Assembly: GCF_009914755.1 (NCBI RefSeq)
Contig: NC_060941.1
Direction: 5' to 3' (one strand)
Origin: the human T2T-CHM13v2.0 reference genome, Homo sapiens
Length of the DNA: 64,000 bases
The notes under the pieces are model-generated. The model did no database searches and was not told the origin of the DNA. It saw only the letters and a list, made by a program, of their open reading frames with translations. Position numbers and translations under genes: made by a program. Below, in pieces: positions 12,701 to 27,700 of the stretch. Each line of letters starts with the position of its first letter. The stretch's first letter is position 1.

Positions 12701-15700
12701 TTTGAGAGCGCAGTTTTGAAACTCTCTTTCTGTGGCATCTGCAAGGGGACATGTAGACCTCTTTGAAGATTTCGTTGGAAACGGAATCATCTTCACATAA
12801 AAACTATACAGATGCATTCTCAGGAACTTTTTGGTGATGTTTGTATTCAACTCCCAGAGTTGAACTTTCCTTTGGAAAGAGCAGCTATGAAACACTCTTT
12901 TTCTAGAATCTGCAAGTGGACGTTTGGAGGGCTTTGTGGTTTGTGGTGGAAAAGGAAATATCTTCACCTAAATACTAGATAGAAGCATTCTCAGAAACTG
13001 CTTTGTGATGATTGCATTCACCTCACAGAGTTGAACATTCCTATTGATAGAGCAGTTTGGAAACACTCTTGTTGTGGAATGTGCAAGTGGAGATTTGGAG
13101 CGCTTTGAGGCCTATGGTAGTAAAGGGAATAGCTTCATAGAAAAACTAGACAGAAGGATTCTCAGAAAATACTTTGTGATGATTGAGTTTAACTCACAGA
13201 GCTGAACATTCCTTTGGATGGAGCAGGTTTGAGACACACTTTTTGTAGAATCTACAAGTGGATATTTGGACCTCTCTGAGGATTTCGCTGGAAACGGGAT
13301 AACTGCACCTAACTAAACGGAAGCATTCTCAGAAACTTCTTGGTGATGTTTGCATTCAAATCCCAGAGTTGAAACTTCCTGTGATAGTTCAGGTTTGAAA
13401 CACACTTTTTGTAGGATCTGCAAGTGGATATTTGGACCACTCTGTGGCCTTCGTTCGAAACGGGTACATCTTCGCATAAAATCTAGACAGAAGCCTTCTC
13501 AGAAACTTCTCTGTGATGATTGCATTCAACTCACAGAGTTGAACCCTCCTATGGATAGAGCATTCTTGAAACTCTCTTTTTGTGGAATCTGCAAGTGGAT
13601 ATGTGGACCTCTCCGAAGATGTCTTTGGAAACGGGAATATCTTCACATAAAAACTAAACAGAAGCATTCTCAGAAACTTCTCTGTGATGTTTGTGTTCAA
13701 CTCCCAGAGTTTCACATTGCTTTTCATAGAGTAGTTCTGAAACATGCTTTTCGTAGTGTCTGCAAGTGGACATTTGGAGTGCTTTCAGGCCTGTGGTGGA
13801 AAACGAATTATGGTCACATAAAAACTGGAGAGAAGCATTGTCAGAAACTTCTTTGTGATGATTGCATTCAACTCACGGAGATGAAGGTTCCTTTACAAAC
13901 AGCAGTTTCCAAACACTCTTTCTGTGGAATCTGCAAGTGGATATTTGGACCTCTTTGAAGATTTCGTTGGAAACGGGAGAATCTTCACAGAAAAGCTAAA
14001 CAGAAGCATTCTCAGAAACTTCTTTGTGATGCTTGCATTCAACTCACAGAGTTGAACTTTCCTTTCGAGAGAGAAGCTTTGAAACACTCTTTTTCCAGAA
14101 TCTGCAAGTGGACATTTGGAGGGCTTTGAGGCCTGTGGTGGAAAAGGAATTAACTTCCCGTAAAAGCTAGATAGAAGCATTCTCAGAAACTACTTTGTGA
14201 TGATTGCATTCAAGTCACAGAGTTGAACATTCCCTTTGACAGAGCAGTTTGGAAACTCTCTTTGTGTAGAATCTGCAAGTGGAGATATGGACCGCTTTGA
14301 GGCCTATGGTAGTAAAGGAAATAGCTTCATATAAAAGCTAGACAGTAGCATTCACAGAAAACTCTTGGTGACGACTGAGTTTAACTCACAGAGCTGAACA
14401 TTCCTTTGGATGGAGCAGTTTCGAAACACACTATTTGTAGAATGTGCAAGTGGATATTTGGGCCTCTCTGAGGATTTCGTTGGAAACGGGATAAACCGCA
14501 CAGAACTAAACAGAAGCATTCTCAGAACCTTCTTCGTGATGTTTGCATTCAACTCACAGTGTTGAACCTTTCTTTGATAGTTCAGGTTTGAAACGGTCTT
14601 TCTGTAGAAACTGCAAGTAGATATTTGGACCTCTCTGAGGATTTCGTTGGAAACGGGATAACCCGCACAGAACTAAAACAGAAGCATTCTCAGAACCCTC
14701 TTCGTGATGTTTGCATTCAACACACAGTGCTGAACCTTTCTTTGATAGTTCAGCTTTGAAACACTCTTCTTGTAGAAACTGCAAGTGGATATTTGGTCCT
14801 CTCTGAGGATTTCGTTGGAAACGGGATAAACCGCACAGAACTAAACAGAAGCATTCTCAGAACCTTCTTCGTGATGTCTGCATTCAACTCACAGTGTGGA
14901 ACCTTTCTTTGATAGTTCAGGTTTGAAACACTCTTTTTGTAGAAACTGCAAGGGGATAATTGCACTTCTTTGAGGCCTACCGTAGTAAAGGAAATAACTT
15001 CCTATAGAAAGAAGACAGAAGCTTTCTCAGAAAATTCTTTGGGATGATTGAGTGGAACTCACAGAGCTGAACATTCCTTGCGATGTAGCAGTTTAGAAAC
15101 ACACTTTCTGCAGAATCTGCAAGTGCATATTTGGACCTCTCCGAGGAATTCGTTGGAAACGGGATAATTTCAGCTGACTAAACAGAAGCAGTCTCAGAAT
15201 CTTCTTTGTGATGTTTGCATTCAAATCCCAGAGTTGAACTTTCCTTTCAAAGTTCACGTTTGAAACACTCTTTTTGCAGGATCTACAAGTGGATATTTGG
15301 ACCACTCTGTGTCCTTCGTTCGAAACGGGTATATCTTCACATGACATCTAGACAGAAGCATTCTCAGAAGCTTCTCTGTGATGACTGCATTCAACTCACG
15401 GAGTTCAACACTCCTTTTGAGAGCGCAGTTTTGAAACTCTCTTTCTGTGGCATCTGCAAGGGGACATGTAGACCTCTTTGAAGATTTCGTTGGAAACGGA
15501 ATCATCTTCACATAAAAACTATACAGATGCATTCTCAGGAACTTTTTGGTGATGTTTGTATTCAACTCCCAGAGTTGAACTTTCCTTTGGAAAGAGCAAC
15601 TATGAAACACTCTTTTTCTAGAATCTGCAAGTGGACGTTTGGAGGGCTTTGTGGTTTGTGGTGGAAAAGGAAATATCTTCACCTAAATACTAGATAGAAG

Positions 15701-18700
15701 CATTCTCAGAAACTGCTTTGTGATGATTGCATTCACCTCACAGAGTTGAACATTCCTATTGATAGAGCAGTTTGGAAACACTCTTGTTGTGGAATGTGCA
15801 AGTGGAGATTTGGAGCGCTTTGAGGCCTATGGTAGTAAAGGTAATAGCTTCATAGAAAAACTAGACAGAAGCATTCTCAGAAAATACTTTGTGATGATTG
15901 AGTTTAACTCACAGAGCTGAACATTCCTTTGGATGGAGCAGGTTTGAGACACACCTTTTGTAGAATCTACAAGTGGATATTTGGACCTCTCTGAGGATTT
16001 CGTTGGAAACGCGATAACTGCACCTAACTAAACGGAAGCATTCTCAGAAACTTCTTGGTGATGTTTGCATTCAAATCCCAGAGTTGAACCTTCCTGTGAT
16101 AGTTCAGGTTTGAAACACTCTTTTTGTAGGATCTGCAAGTGGATATTTGGACCACTCTGTGGCCTTCGTTCGAAACGGGTACATCTTCACATAAAATCTA
16201 GACAGAAGCCTTCTCAGAAACTTCTCTGTGATGATTGCATTCAACTCACAGATTTGAACCCTCCTATGGATAGAGCATTGTTGAAACTCTCTTTTTGTGG
16301 AATCTGCAAGTGGATATGTGGACCTCTCCGAAGATGTCTTTGGAAACGGGAATATCTTCACATAAAAACTAAACAGAAGCATTCTCAGAAACTTCTCTGT
16401 GATGTTTGTGTTCAACTCCCAGAATTTCACATTGCTTTTCATAGAGTAGTTCTGAAACATGCTTTTCGTAGTGTCTGCAAGTGGACATTTGGAGCGCTTT
16501 CAAGCCTGTGGTGGAAAACGAATTATGGTCCCATAAAAACTGGAGAGAAGCATTGTCAGAAACTTCTTTGTGATGATTGCATTCAACTCACAGAGATGAA
16601 GGTTCCTTTACAAACAGCAGTTTCCAAACACTCTTTCTGTGGAATCTGCAAGTGGATATTTGGACCTCTTTGAAGATTTCGTTGGAAACGGGAGAATCTT
16701 CACAGAAAATCTAAACAGAAGCATTCTCAGAAACTTCTTTGTGATGCTTGCATTCAACTCACAGAGTTGAACTTTCCTTTCGAGAGAGAAGCTTTGAAAC
16801 ACTGTTTTTCCAGAATCTGCAAGTGGACATTTGGAGGGCTTTGAGGCCTGTGGTGGAAAAGGAATTAACTTCCCATAAAAGCTAGATAGAAGCATTCTCA
16901 GAAACTACTTTGTGATGATTGCATTCAAGTCACAGAGTTGAACATTCCCTTTGACAGAGCAGTTTGGAAACTCTCTTTGTGTAGAATCTGCAAGTGGAGA
17001 TATGGACCGCTTTGAGGCCTATGGTAGTAAAGGAAATAGCTTCATATAAAAGCTAGACAGTAGCATTCACAGAAAACTCTTGGTGACGACTGAGTTTAAC
17101 TCACAGAGCTGAACATTCCTTTGGATGGAGCAGTTTCGAAACACACTATTTGTAGAATGTGCAAGTGGATATTTGGGCCTCTCTGAGGATTTCGTTGGAA
17201 ACGGGATAAACCGCACAGAACTAAACAGAAGCATTCTCAGAACCTTCTTCGTGATGTTTGCATTCAACTCACACTGTTGAACCTTTCTTTGATAGTTCAG
17301 GTTTGAAACGGTCTTTCTGTAGAAACTGCAAGTAGATATTTGGACCTCTCTGAGGATTTCGTTGGAAACGGGATAAACCGCACAGAACTAAAACAGAAGC
17401 ATTCTCAGAACCCTCTTCGTGATGTTTGCATTCAACTCACAGTGCTGAACCTTTCTTTGATAGTTCAGCTTTGAAACACTCTTCTTGTAGAAACTGCAAG
17501 TGGATATTTGGTCCTCTCTGAGGATTTCGTTGGAAACGGGATAAACCGCACAGAACTAAACAGAAGCATTCTCAGAACCTTCTTCGTGATGTCTGCATTC
17601 AACTCACAGTGTGGAACCTTTCTTTGATAGTTCAGGTTTGAAACACTCTTTTTGTAGAAACTGCAAGGGGATAATTGCACTTCTTTGAGGCCTACCGTAG
17701 TAAAGGAAATAACTTCCTATAGAAAGAAGACAGAAGCTTTCTCAGAAAATTCTTTGGGATGATTGAGTGGAACTCACAGAGCTGAACATTCCTTGCGATG
17801 TAGCAGTTTAGAAACACACTTTCTGCAGAATCTGCAAGTGCATATTTGGACCTCTCCGAGGAATTCGTTGGAAACGGGATAATTTCAGCTGACTAAACAG
17901 AAGCAGTCTCAGAATCTTCTTTGTGATGTTTGCATTCAAATCCCAGAGTTGAACTTTCCTTTCAAAGTTCACGTTTGAAACACTCTTTTTGCAGGATCTA
18001 CAAGTGGATATTTGGACCACTCTGTGTCCTTCGTTCGAAACGGGTATATCTTCACATGACATCTAGACAGAAGCATTCTCAGAAGCTTCTCTGTGATGAC
18101 TGCATTCAACTCACGGAGTTGAACACTCCTTTTGAGAGCGCAGTTTTGAAACTCTCTTTCTGTGGCATCTGCAAGGGGACATGTAGACCTCTTTGAAGAT
18201 TTCGTTGGAAACGGAATCATCTTCACATAAAAACTATACAGATGCATTCTCAGGAACTTTTTGGTGATGTTTGTATTCAACTCCCAGAGTTGAACTTTCC
18301 TTTGGAAAGAGCAACTATGAAACACTCTTTTTCTAGAATCTGCAAGTGGACGTTTGGAGGGCTTTGTGGTTTGTGGTGGAAAAGGAAATATCTTCACCTA
18401 AATACTAGATAGAAGCATTCTCAGAAACTGCTTTGTGATGATTGCATTCACCTCACAGAGTTGAACATTCCTATTGATAGAGCAGTTTGGAAACACTCTT
18501 GTTGTGGAATGTGCAAGTGGAGATTTGGAGCGCTTTGAGGCCTATGGTAGTAAAGGGAATAGCTTCATAGAAAAACTAGACAGAAGCATTCTCAGAAAAT
18601 ACTTTGTGATGATTGAGTTTAACTCACAGAGCTGAACATTCCTTTGGATGGAGCAGGTTTGAGACACACTTTTTGTAGAATCTACAAGTGGATATTTGGA

Positions 18701-21700
18701 CCTCTCTGAGGATTTCGTTGGAAACGCGATAACTGCACCTAACTAAACGGAAGCATTCTCAGAAACTTCTTGGTGATGTTTGCATTCAAATCCCAGAGTT
18801 GAACCTTCCTGTGATAGTTCAGGTTTGAAACACTCTTTTTGTAGGATCTGCAAGTGGATATTTGGACCACTCTGTGGCCTTCGTTCGAAACGGGTACATC
18901 TTCACATAAAATCTAGACAGAAGCCTTCTCAGAAACTTCTCTGTGATGATTGCATTCAACTCACAGATTTGAACCCTCCTATGGATAGAGCATTGTTGAA
19001 ACTCTCTTTTTGTGGAATCTGCAAGTGGATATGTGGACCTCTCCGAAGATGTCTTTGGAAACGGGAATATCTTCACATAAAAACTAAACAGAAGCATTCT
19101 CAGAAACTTCTCTGTGATGTTTGTGTTCAACTCCCAGAATTTCACATTGCTTTTCATAGAGTAGTTCTGAAACATGCTTTTCGTAGTGTCTGCAAGTGGA
19201 CATTTGGAGCGCTTTCAAGCCTGTGGTGGAAAACGAATTATGGTCCCATAAAAACTGGAGAGAAGCATTGTCAGAAACTTCTTTGTGATGATTGCATTCA
19301 ACTCACAGAGATGAAGGTTCCTTTACAAACAGCAGTTTCCAAACACTCTTTCTGTGGAATCTGCAAGTGGATATTTGGACCTCTTTGAAGATTTCGTTGG
19401 AAACGGGAGAATCTTCACAGAAAATCTAAACAGAAGCATTCTCAGAAACTTCTTTGTGATGCTTGCATTCAACTCACAGAGTTGAACTTTCCTTTCGAGA
19501 GAGAAGCTTTGAAACACTGTTTTTCCAGAATCTGCAAGTGGACATTTGGAGGGCTTTGAGGCCTGTGGTGGAAAAGGAATTAACTTCCCATAAAAGCTAG
19601 ATAGAAGCATTCTCAGAAACTACTTTGTGATGATTGCATTCAAGTCACAGAGTTGAACATTCCCTTTGACAGAGCAGTTTGGAAACTCTCTTTGTGTAGA
19701 ATCTGCAAGTGGAGATATGGACCGCTTTGAGGCCTATGGTAGTAAAGGAAATAGCTTCATATAAAAGCTAGACAGTAGCATTCACAGAAAACTCTTGGTG
19801 ACGACTGAGTTTAACTCACAGAGCTGAACATTCCTTTGGATGGAGCAGTTTCGAAACACACTATTTGTAGAATGTGCAAGTGGATATTTGGGCCTCTCTG
19901 AGGATTTCGTTGGAAACGGGATAAACCGCACAGAACTAAACAGAAGCATTCTCAGAACCTTCTTCGTGATGTTTGCATTCAACTCACAGTGTTGAACCTT
20001 TCTTTGATAGTTCAGGTTTGAAACGGTCTTTCTGTAGAAACTGCAAGTAGATATTTGGACCTCTCTGAGGATTTCGTTGGAAACGGGATAAACCGCACAG
20101 AACTAAAACAGAAGCATTCTCAGAACCCTCTTCGTGATGTTTGCATTCAACTCACAGTGCTGAACCTTTCTTTGATAGTTCAGCTTTGAAACACTCTTCT
20201 TGTAGAAACTGCAAGTGGATATTTGGTCCTCTCTGAGGATTTCGTTGGAAACGGGATAAACCGCACAGAACTAAACAGAAGCATTCTCAGAACCTTCTTC
20301 GTGATGTCTGCATTCAACTCACAGTGTGGAACCTTTCTTTGATAGTTCAGGTTTGAAACACTCTTTTTGTAGAAACTGCAAGGGGATAATTGCACTTCTT
20401 TGAGGCCTACCGTAGTAAAGGAAATAACTTCCTATAGAAAGAAGACAGAAGCTTTCTCAGAAAATTCTTTGGGATGATTGAGTGGAACTCACAGAGCTGA
20501 ACATTCCTTGCGATGTAGCAGTTTAGAAACACACTTTCTGCAGAATCTGCAAGTGCATATTTGGACCTCTCCGAGGAATTCGTTGGAAACGGGATAATTT
20601 CAGCTGACTAAACAGAAGCAGTCTCAGAATCTTCTTTGTGATGTTTGCATTCAAATCCCAGAGTTGAACTTTCCTTTCAAAGTTCACGTTTGAAACACTC
20701 TTTTTGCAGGATCTACAAGTGGATATTTGGACCACTCTGTGTCCTTCGTTCGAAACGGGTATATCTTCACATGACATCTAGACAGAAGCATCCTCAGAAG
20801 CTTCTCTGTGATGACTGCATTCAACTCACGGAGTTGAACACTCCTTTTGAGAGCGCAGTTTTGAAACTCTCTTTCTGTGGCATCTGCAAGGGGACATGTA
20901 GACCTCTTTGAAGATTTCGTTGGAAACGGAATCATCTTCACATAAAAACTATACAGAAGCATTCTCAGGAACTTTTTGGTGATGTTTGTATTCAACTCCC
21001 AGAGTTGAACTTTCCTTTGGAAAGAGCAGCTATGAAACACTCTTTTTCTAGAATCTGCAAGTGGACGTTTGGAGGGCTTTGTGGTTTGTGGTGGAAAAGG
21101 AAATATCTTCACCTAAATACTAGATAGAAGCATTCTCAGAAACTGCTTTGTGATGATTGCATTCACCTCACAGAGTTGAACATTCCTATTGATAGAGCAG
21201 TTTGGAAACACTCTTGTTGTGGAATGTGCAAGTGGAGACTTGGAGCGTTTTGAGGCCTATGGTAGTAAAGGGAATAGCTTCATAGAAAAACTAGACAGAA
21301 GCATTCTCAGAAAATACTTTGTGATGATTGAGTTTAACTCACAGAGCTGAACATTCCTTTGGATGGAGCAGGTTTGAGACACACTTTTTGTAGAATCTAA
21401 AAGTGGATATTTGGACCTCTCTGAGGATTTCGTTGGAAACGCGATAACTGCACCTAATTAAACGGAAGCATTCTCAGAAACTTCTTGGTGATGTTTGCAT
21501 TCAAATCCCAGAGTTGAACCTTCCTGTGATAGTTCAGGTTTGAAACACACTTTTTGTAGGATCTGCAAGTGGATATTTGGACCACTCTGTGGCCTTCGTT
21601 CGAAACGGGTACATCTTCGCATAAAATCTAGACAGAAGCCTTCTCAGAAACTTCTCTGTGATGATTGCATTCAACTCACAGAGTTGAACCCTCCTATGGA

Positions 21701-24700
21701 TAGAGCATTGTTGAAACTCTCTTTTTGTGGAATCTGCAAGTGGATATGTGGACCTCTCCGAAGATGTCTTTGGAAACGGGAATATCTTCACATAAAAACT
21801 AAACAGAAGCATTCTCAGAAACTTCTCTGTGATGTTTGTGTTCAACTCCCAGAGTTTCACATTGCTTTTCATAGAGTAGTTCTGAAACATGCTTTTCGTA
21901 GTGTCTGCAAGTGGACATTTGGAGCGCTTTCAGGCCTGTGGTGGAAAACGAATTATGGTCACATAAAAACTGGAGAGAAGCATTGTCAGAAACTTCTTTG
22001 TGATGATTGCATTCAACTCACGGAGATGAAGGTTCCTTTACAAACAGCAGTTTCCAAACACTCTTTCTGTGGAATCTGCAAGTGGATATTTGGACCTCTT
22101 TGAAGATTTCGTTGGAAACGGGAGAATCTTCACAGAAAAGCTAAACAGAAGCATTCTCAGAAACTTCTTTGTGATGCTTGCATTCAACTCACAGAGTTGA
22201 ACTTTCCTTTCGAGAGAGAAGCTTTGAAACACTCTTTTTCCAGAATCTGCAAGTGGACATTTGGAGGGCTTTGAGGCCTGTGGTGGAAAAGGAATTAACT
22301 TCCCATAAAAGCTAGATAGAAGCATTCTCAAAAACTACTTTGTGATGATTGCATTCAAGTCACAGAGTTGAACATTCCCTTTGACAGAGCAGTTTGGAAA
22401 CTCTCTTTGTGTAGAATCTGCAAGTGGAGATATGGACCGCTTTGAGGCCTATGGTAGTAAAGGAAATAGCTTCATATAAAAGCTAGACAGTAGCATTCAC
22501 AGAAAACTCTTGGTGACGACTGAGTTTAACTCACAGAGCTGAACATTCCTTTGGATGGAGCAGTTTCGAAACACACTATTTGTAGAATGTGCAAGTGGAT
22601 ATTTGGGCCTCTCTGAGGATTTCGTTGGAAACGGGATAAACCGCACAGAACTAAACAGAAGCATTCTCAGAACCTTCTTCGTGATGTTTGCATTCAACTC
22701 ACAGTGTTGAACCTTTCTTTGATAGTTCAGGTTTGAAACGGTCTTTCTGTAGAAACTGCAAGTAGATATTTGGACCTCTCTGAGGATTTCGTTGGAAACG
22801 GGATAACCCGCACAGAACTAAAACAGAAGCATTCTCAGAACCCTCTTCGTGATGTTTGCATTCAACACACAGTGCTGAACCTTTCTTTGATAGTTCAGCT
22901 TTGAAACACTCTTCTTGTAGAAACTGCAAGTGGATATTTGGTCCTCTCTGAGGATTTCGTTGGAAACGGGATAAACCGCACAGAACTAAACAGAAGCATT
23001 CTCAGAACCTTCTTCGTGATGTCTGCATTCAACTCACAGTGTGGAACCTTTCTTTGATAGTTCAGGTTTGAAACACTCTTTTTGTAGAAACTGCAAGGGG
23101 ATAATTGCACTTCTTTGAGGCCTACCGTAGTAAAGGAAATAACTTCCTATAGAAAGAAGACAGAAGCTTTCTCAGAAAATTCTTTGGGATGATTGAGTGG
23201 AACTCACAGAGCTGAACATTCCTTGCGATGTAGCATTTTAGAAACACACTTTCTGCAGAATCTGCAAGTGCATATTTGGACCTCTCTGAGGAATTCGTTG
23301 GAAACGGGATATTTTCAGCTGACTAAACAGAAGCAGTCTCAGAATCTTCTTTGTGATGTTTGCATTCAAATCCCAGAGTTGAACTTTCCTTTCAAAGTTC
23401 ACGTTTGAAACACTCTTTTTGCAGGATCTACAAGTGGATATTTGGACCACTCTGTGTCCTTCGTTCGAAACGGGTATATCGTCACATGACATCTAGACAG
23501 AAGCATTCTCAGAAGCTTCTCTGTGATGACTGCATTCAACTCACGGAGTTGAACACTCCTTTTGAGAGCGCAGTTTTGAAACTCTCTTTCTGTGGCATCT
23601 GCAAGGGGACATGTAGACCTCTTTGAAGATTTCGTTGGAAACGGAATCATCTTCACATAAAAACTATACAGATGCATTCTCAGGAACTTTTTGGTGATGT
23701 TTGTATTCAACTCCCAGAGTTGAACTTTCCTTTGGAAAGAGCAGCTATGAAACACTCTTTTTCTAGAATCTGCAAGTGGACGTTTGGAGGGCTTTGTGGT
23801 TTGTGGTGGAAAAGGAAATATCTTCACCTAAATACTAGATAGAAGCATTCTCAGAAACTGCTTTGTGATGATTGCATTCACCTCACAGAGTTGAACATTC
23901 CTATTGATAGAGCAGTTTGGAAACACTCTTGTTGTGGAATGTGCAAGTGGAGATTTGGAGCGCTTTGAGGCCTATGGTAGTAAAGGGAATAGCTTCATAG
24001 AAAAACTAGACAGAAGGATTCTCAGAAAATACTTTGTGATGATTGAGTTTAACTCACAGAGCTGAACATTCCTTTGGATGGAGCAGGTTTGAGACACACT
24101 TTTTGTAGAATCTACAAGTGGATATTTGGACCTCTCTGAGAATTTCGTTGGAAACGGGATAACTGCACCTAACTAAACGGAAGCATTCTCAGAAACTTCT
24201 TGGTGATGTTTGCATTCAAATCCCAGAGTTGAACCTTCCTGTGATAGTTCAGGTTTGAAACACACTTTTTGTAGGATCTGCAAGTGGATATTTGGACCAC
24301 TCTGTGGCCTTCGTTCGAAACGGGTACATCTTCGCATAAAATCTAGACAGAAGCCTTCTCAGAAACTTCTCTGTGATGATTGCATTCAACTCACAGAGTT
24401 GAACCCTCCTATGGATAGAGCATTGTTGAAACTCTCTTTTTGTGGAATCTGCAAGTGGATATGTGGACCTCTCCGAAGATGTCTTTGGAAACGGGAATAT
24501 CTTCACATAAAAACTAAACAGAAGCATTCTCAGAAACTTCTCTGTGATGTTTGTGTTCAACTCCCAGAGTTTCACATTGCTTTTCATAGAGTAGTTCTGA
24601 AACATGCTTTTCGTAGTGTCTGCAAGTGGACATTTGGAGCGCTTTCAGGCCTGTGTTGGAAAACGAATTATGGTCACATAAAAACTGGAGAGAAGCATTG

Positions 24701-27700
24701 TCAGAAACTTCTTTGTGATGATTGCATTCAACTCACAGAGATGAAGGTTCCTTTACAAACAGCAGTTTCCAAACACTCTTTCTGTGGAATCTGCAAGTGG
24801 ATATTTGGACCTCTTTGAAGATTTCGTTGGAAACGGGAGAATCTTCACAGAAAAGCTAAACAGAAGCATTCTCAGAAACTTCTTTGTGATGCTTGCATTC
24901 AACTCACAGAGTTGAACTTTCCTTTCGAGAGAGAAGCTTTGAAACACTCTTTTTCCAGAATCTGCAAGTGGACATTTGGAGGGCTTTGAGGCCTGTGGTG
25001 GAAAAGGAATTAACTTCCCGTAAAAGCTAGATAGAAGCATTCTCAGAAACTACTTTGTGATGATTGCATTCAAGTCACAGAGTTGAACATTCCCTTTGAC
25101 AGAGCAGTTTGGAAACTCTCTTTGTGTAGAATCTGCAAGTGGAGATATGGACCGCTTTGAGGCCTATGGTAGTAAAGGAAATAGCTTCATATAAAAGCTA
25201 GACAGTAGCATTCACAGAAAACTCTTGGTGACGACTGAGTTTAACTCACAGAGCTGAACATTCCTTTGGATGGAGCAGTTTCGAAACACACTATTTGTAG
25301 AATGTGCAAGTGGATATTTGGGCCTCTCTGAGGATTTCGTTGGAAACGGGATAAACCGCACAGAACTAAACAGAAGCATTCTCAGAACCTTCTTCGTGAT
25401 GTTTGCATTCAACTCACAGTGCTGAACCTTTCTTTGATAGTTCAGGTTTGAAACGGTCTTTCTGTAGAAACTGCAAGTAGATATTTGGACCTCTCTGAGG
25501 ATTTCGTTGGAAACGGGATAACCCGCACAGAACTAAAACAGAAGCATTCTCAGAACCCTCTTCGTGATGTTTGCATTCAACACACAGTGCTGAACCTTTC
25601 TTTGATAGTTCAGCTTTGAAACACTCTTCTTGTAGAAACTGCAAGTGGATATTTGGTCCTCTCTGAGGATTTCGTTGGAAACGGGATAAACCGCACAGAA
25701 CTAAACAGAAGCATTCTCAGAACCTTCTTCGTGATGTCTGCATTCAACTCACAGTGTGGAACCTTTCTTTGATAGTTCAGGTTTGAAACACTCTTTTTGT
25801 AGAAACTGCAAGGGGATAATTGCACTTCTTTGAGGCCTACCGTAGTAAAGGAAATAACTTCCTATAGAAAGAAGACAGAAGCTTTCTCAGAAAATTCTTT
25901 GGGATGATTGAGTGGAACTCACAGAGCTGAACATTCCTTGCGATGTAGCAGTTTAGAAACACACTTTCTGCAGAATCTGCAAGTGCATATTTGGACCTCT
26001 GTGAGGAATTCGTTGGAAACGGGATAATTTCAGCTGACTAAACAGAAGCAGTCTCAGAATCTTCTTTGTGATGTTTGCATTCAAATCCCAGAGTTGAACT
26101 TTCCTTTCAAAGTTCACGTTTGAAACACTCTTTTTGCAGGATCTACAAGTGGATATTTGGACCACTCTGTGTCCTTCGTTCGAAACGGGTATATCTTCAC
26201 ATGACATCTAGACAGAAGCATTCTCAGAAGCTTCTCTGTGATGACTGCATTCAACTCACGGAGTTCAACACTCCTTTTGAGAGCGCAGTTTTGAAACTCT
26301 CTTTCTGTGGCATCTGCAAGGGGACATGTAGACCTCTTTGAAGATTTCGTTGGAAACGAAATCATCTTCACATAAAAACTATACAGATGCATTCTCAGGA
26401 ACTTTTTGGTGATGTTTGTATTCAACTCCCAGAGTTGAACTTTCCTTTGGAAAGAGCAGCTATGAAACACTCTTTTTCTAGAATCTGCAAGTGGACGTTT
26501 GGAGGGCTTTGTGGTTTGTGGTGGAAAAGGAAATATCTTCACCTAAATACTAGATAGAAGCATTCTCAGAAACTGCTTTGTGATGATTGCATTCACCTCA
26601 CAGAGTTGAACATTCCTATTGATAGAGCAGTTTGGAAACACTCTTGTTGTGGAATGTGCAAGTGGAGATTTGGAGCGCTTTGAGGCCTATGGTAGTAAAG
26701 GGAATAGCTTCATAGAAAAACTAGACAGAAGCATTCTCAGAAAATACTTTGTGATGATTGAGTTTAACTCACAGAGCTGAACATTCCTTTGGATGGAGCA
26801 GGTTTGAGACACACTTTTTGTAGAATCTACAAGTGGATATTTGGACCTCTCTGAGGATTTCGTTGGAAACGGGATAACTGCACCTAACTAAACGGAAGCA
26901 TTCTCAGAAACTTCTTCGTGATGTTTGCATTCAAATCCCAGAGTTGAACCTTCCTGTGATAGTTCAGGTTTGAAACACTCTTTTTGTAGGATCTGCAAGT
27001 GGATATTTGGACCACTCTGTGGCCTTCGTTCGAAACGGGTACATCTTCACATAAACTCTAGACAGAAGCCTTCTCAGAAACTTCTCTGTGATGATTGCAT
27101 TCAACTCACAGATTTGAACCCTCCTATGGATAGAGCATTCTTGAAACTCTCTTTTTGTGGAATCTGCAAGTGGATATGTGGACCTCTCCGAAGATGTCTT
27201 TGGAAACGGGAATATCTTCACATAAAAACTAAACAGAAGCATTCTCAGAAACTTCTCTGTGATGTTTGTGTTCAACTCCCAGAGTTTCACATTGCTTTTC
27301 ATAGAGTAGTTCTGAAACATGCTTTTCGTAGTGTCTGCAAGTGGACATTTGGAGCGCTTTCAGGCCTGTGGTGGAAAACGAATTATGGTCCCATAAAAAC
27401 TGGAGAGAAGCATTGTCAGAAACTTCTTTGTGATGATTGCATTCAACTCACGGAGATGAAGGTTCCTTTACAAACAGCAGTTTCCAAACACTCTTTCTGT
27501 GGAATCTGCAAGTGGATATTTGGACCTCTTTGAAGATTTCGTTGGAAACGGGAGAATCTTCACAGAAAAGCTAAACAGAAGCATTCTCAGAAACTTCTTT
27601 GTGATGCTTGCATTCAACTCACAGAGTTGAACTTTCCTTTCGAGAGAGAAGCTTTGAAACACTCTTTTTCCAGAATCTGCAAGTGGACATTTGGAGGGCT

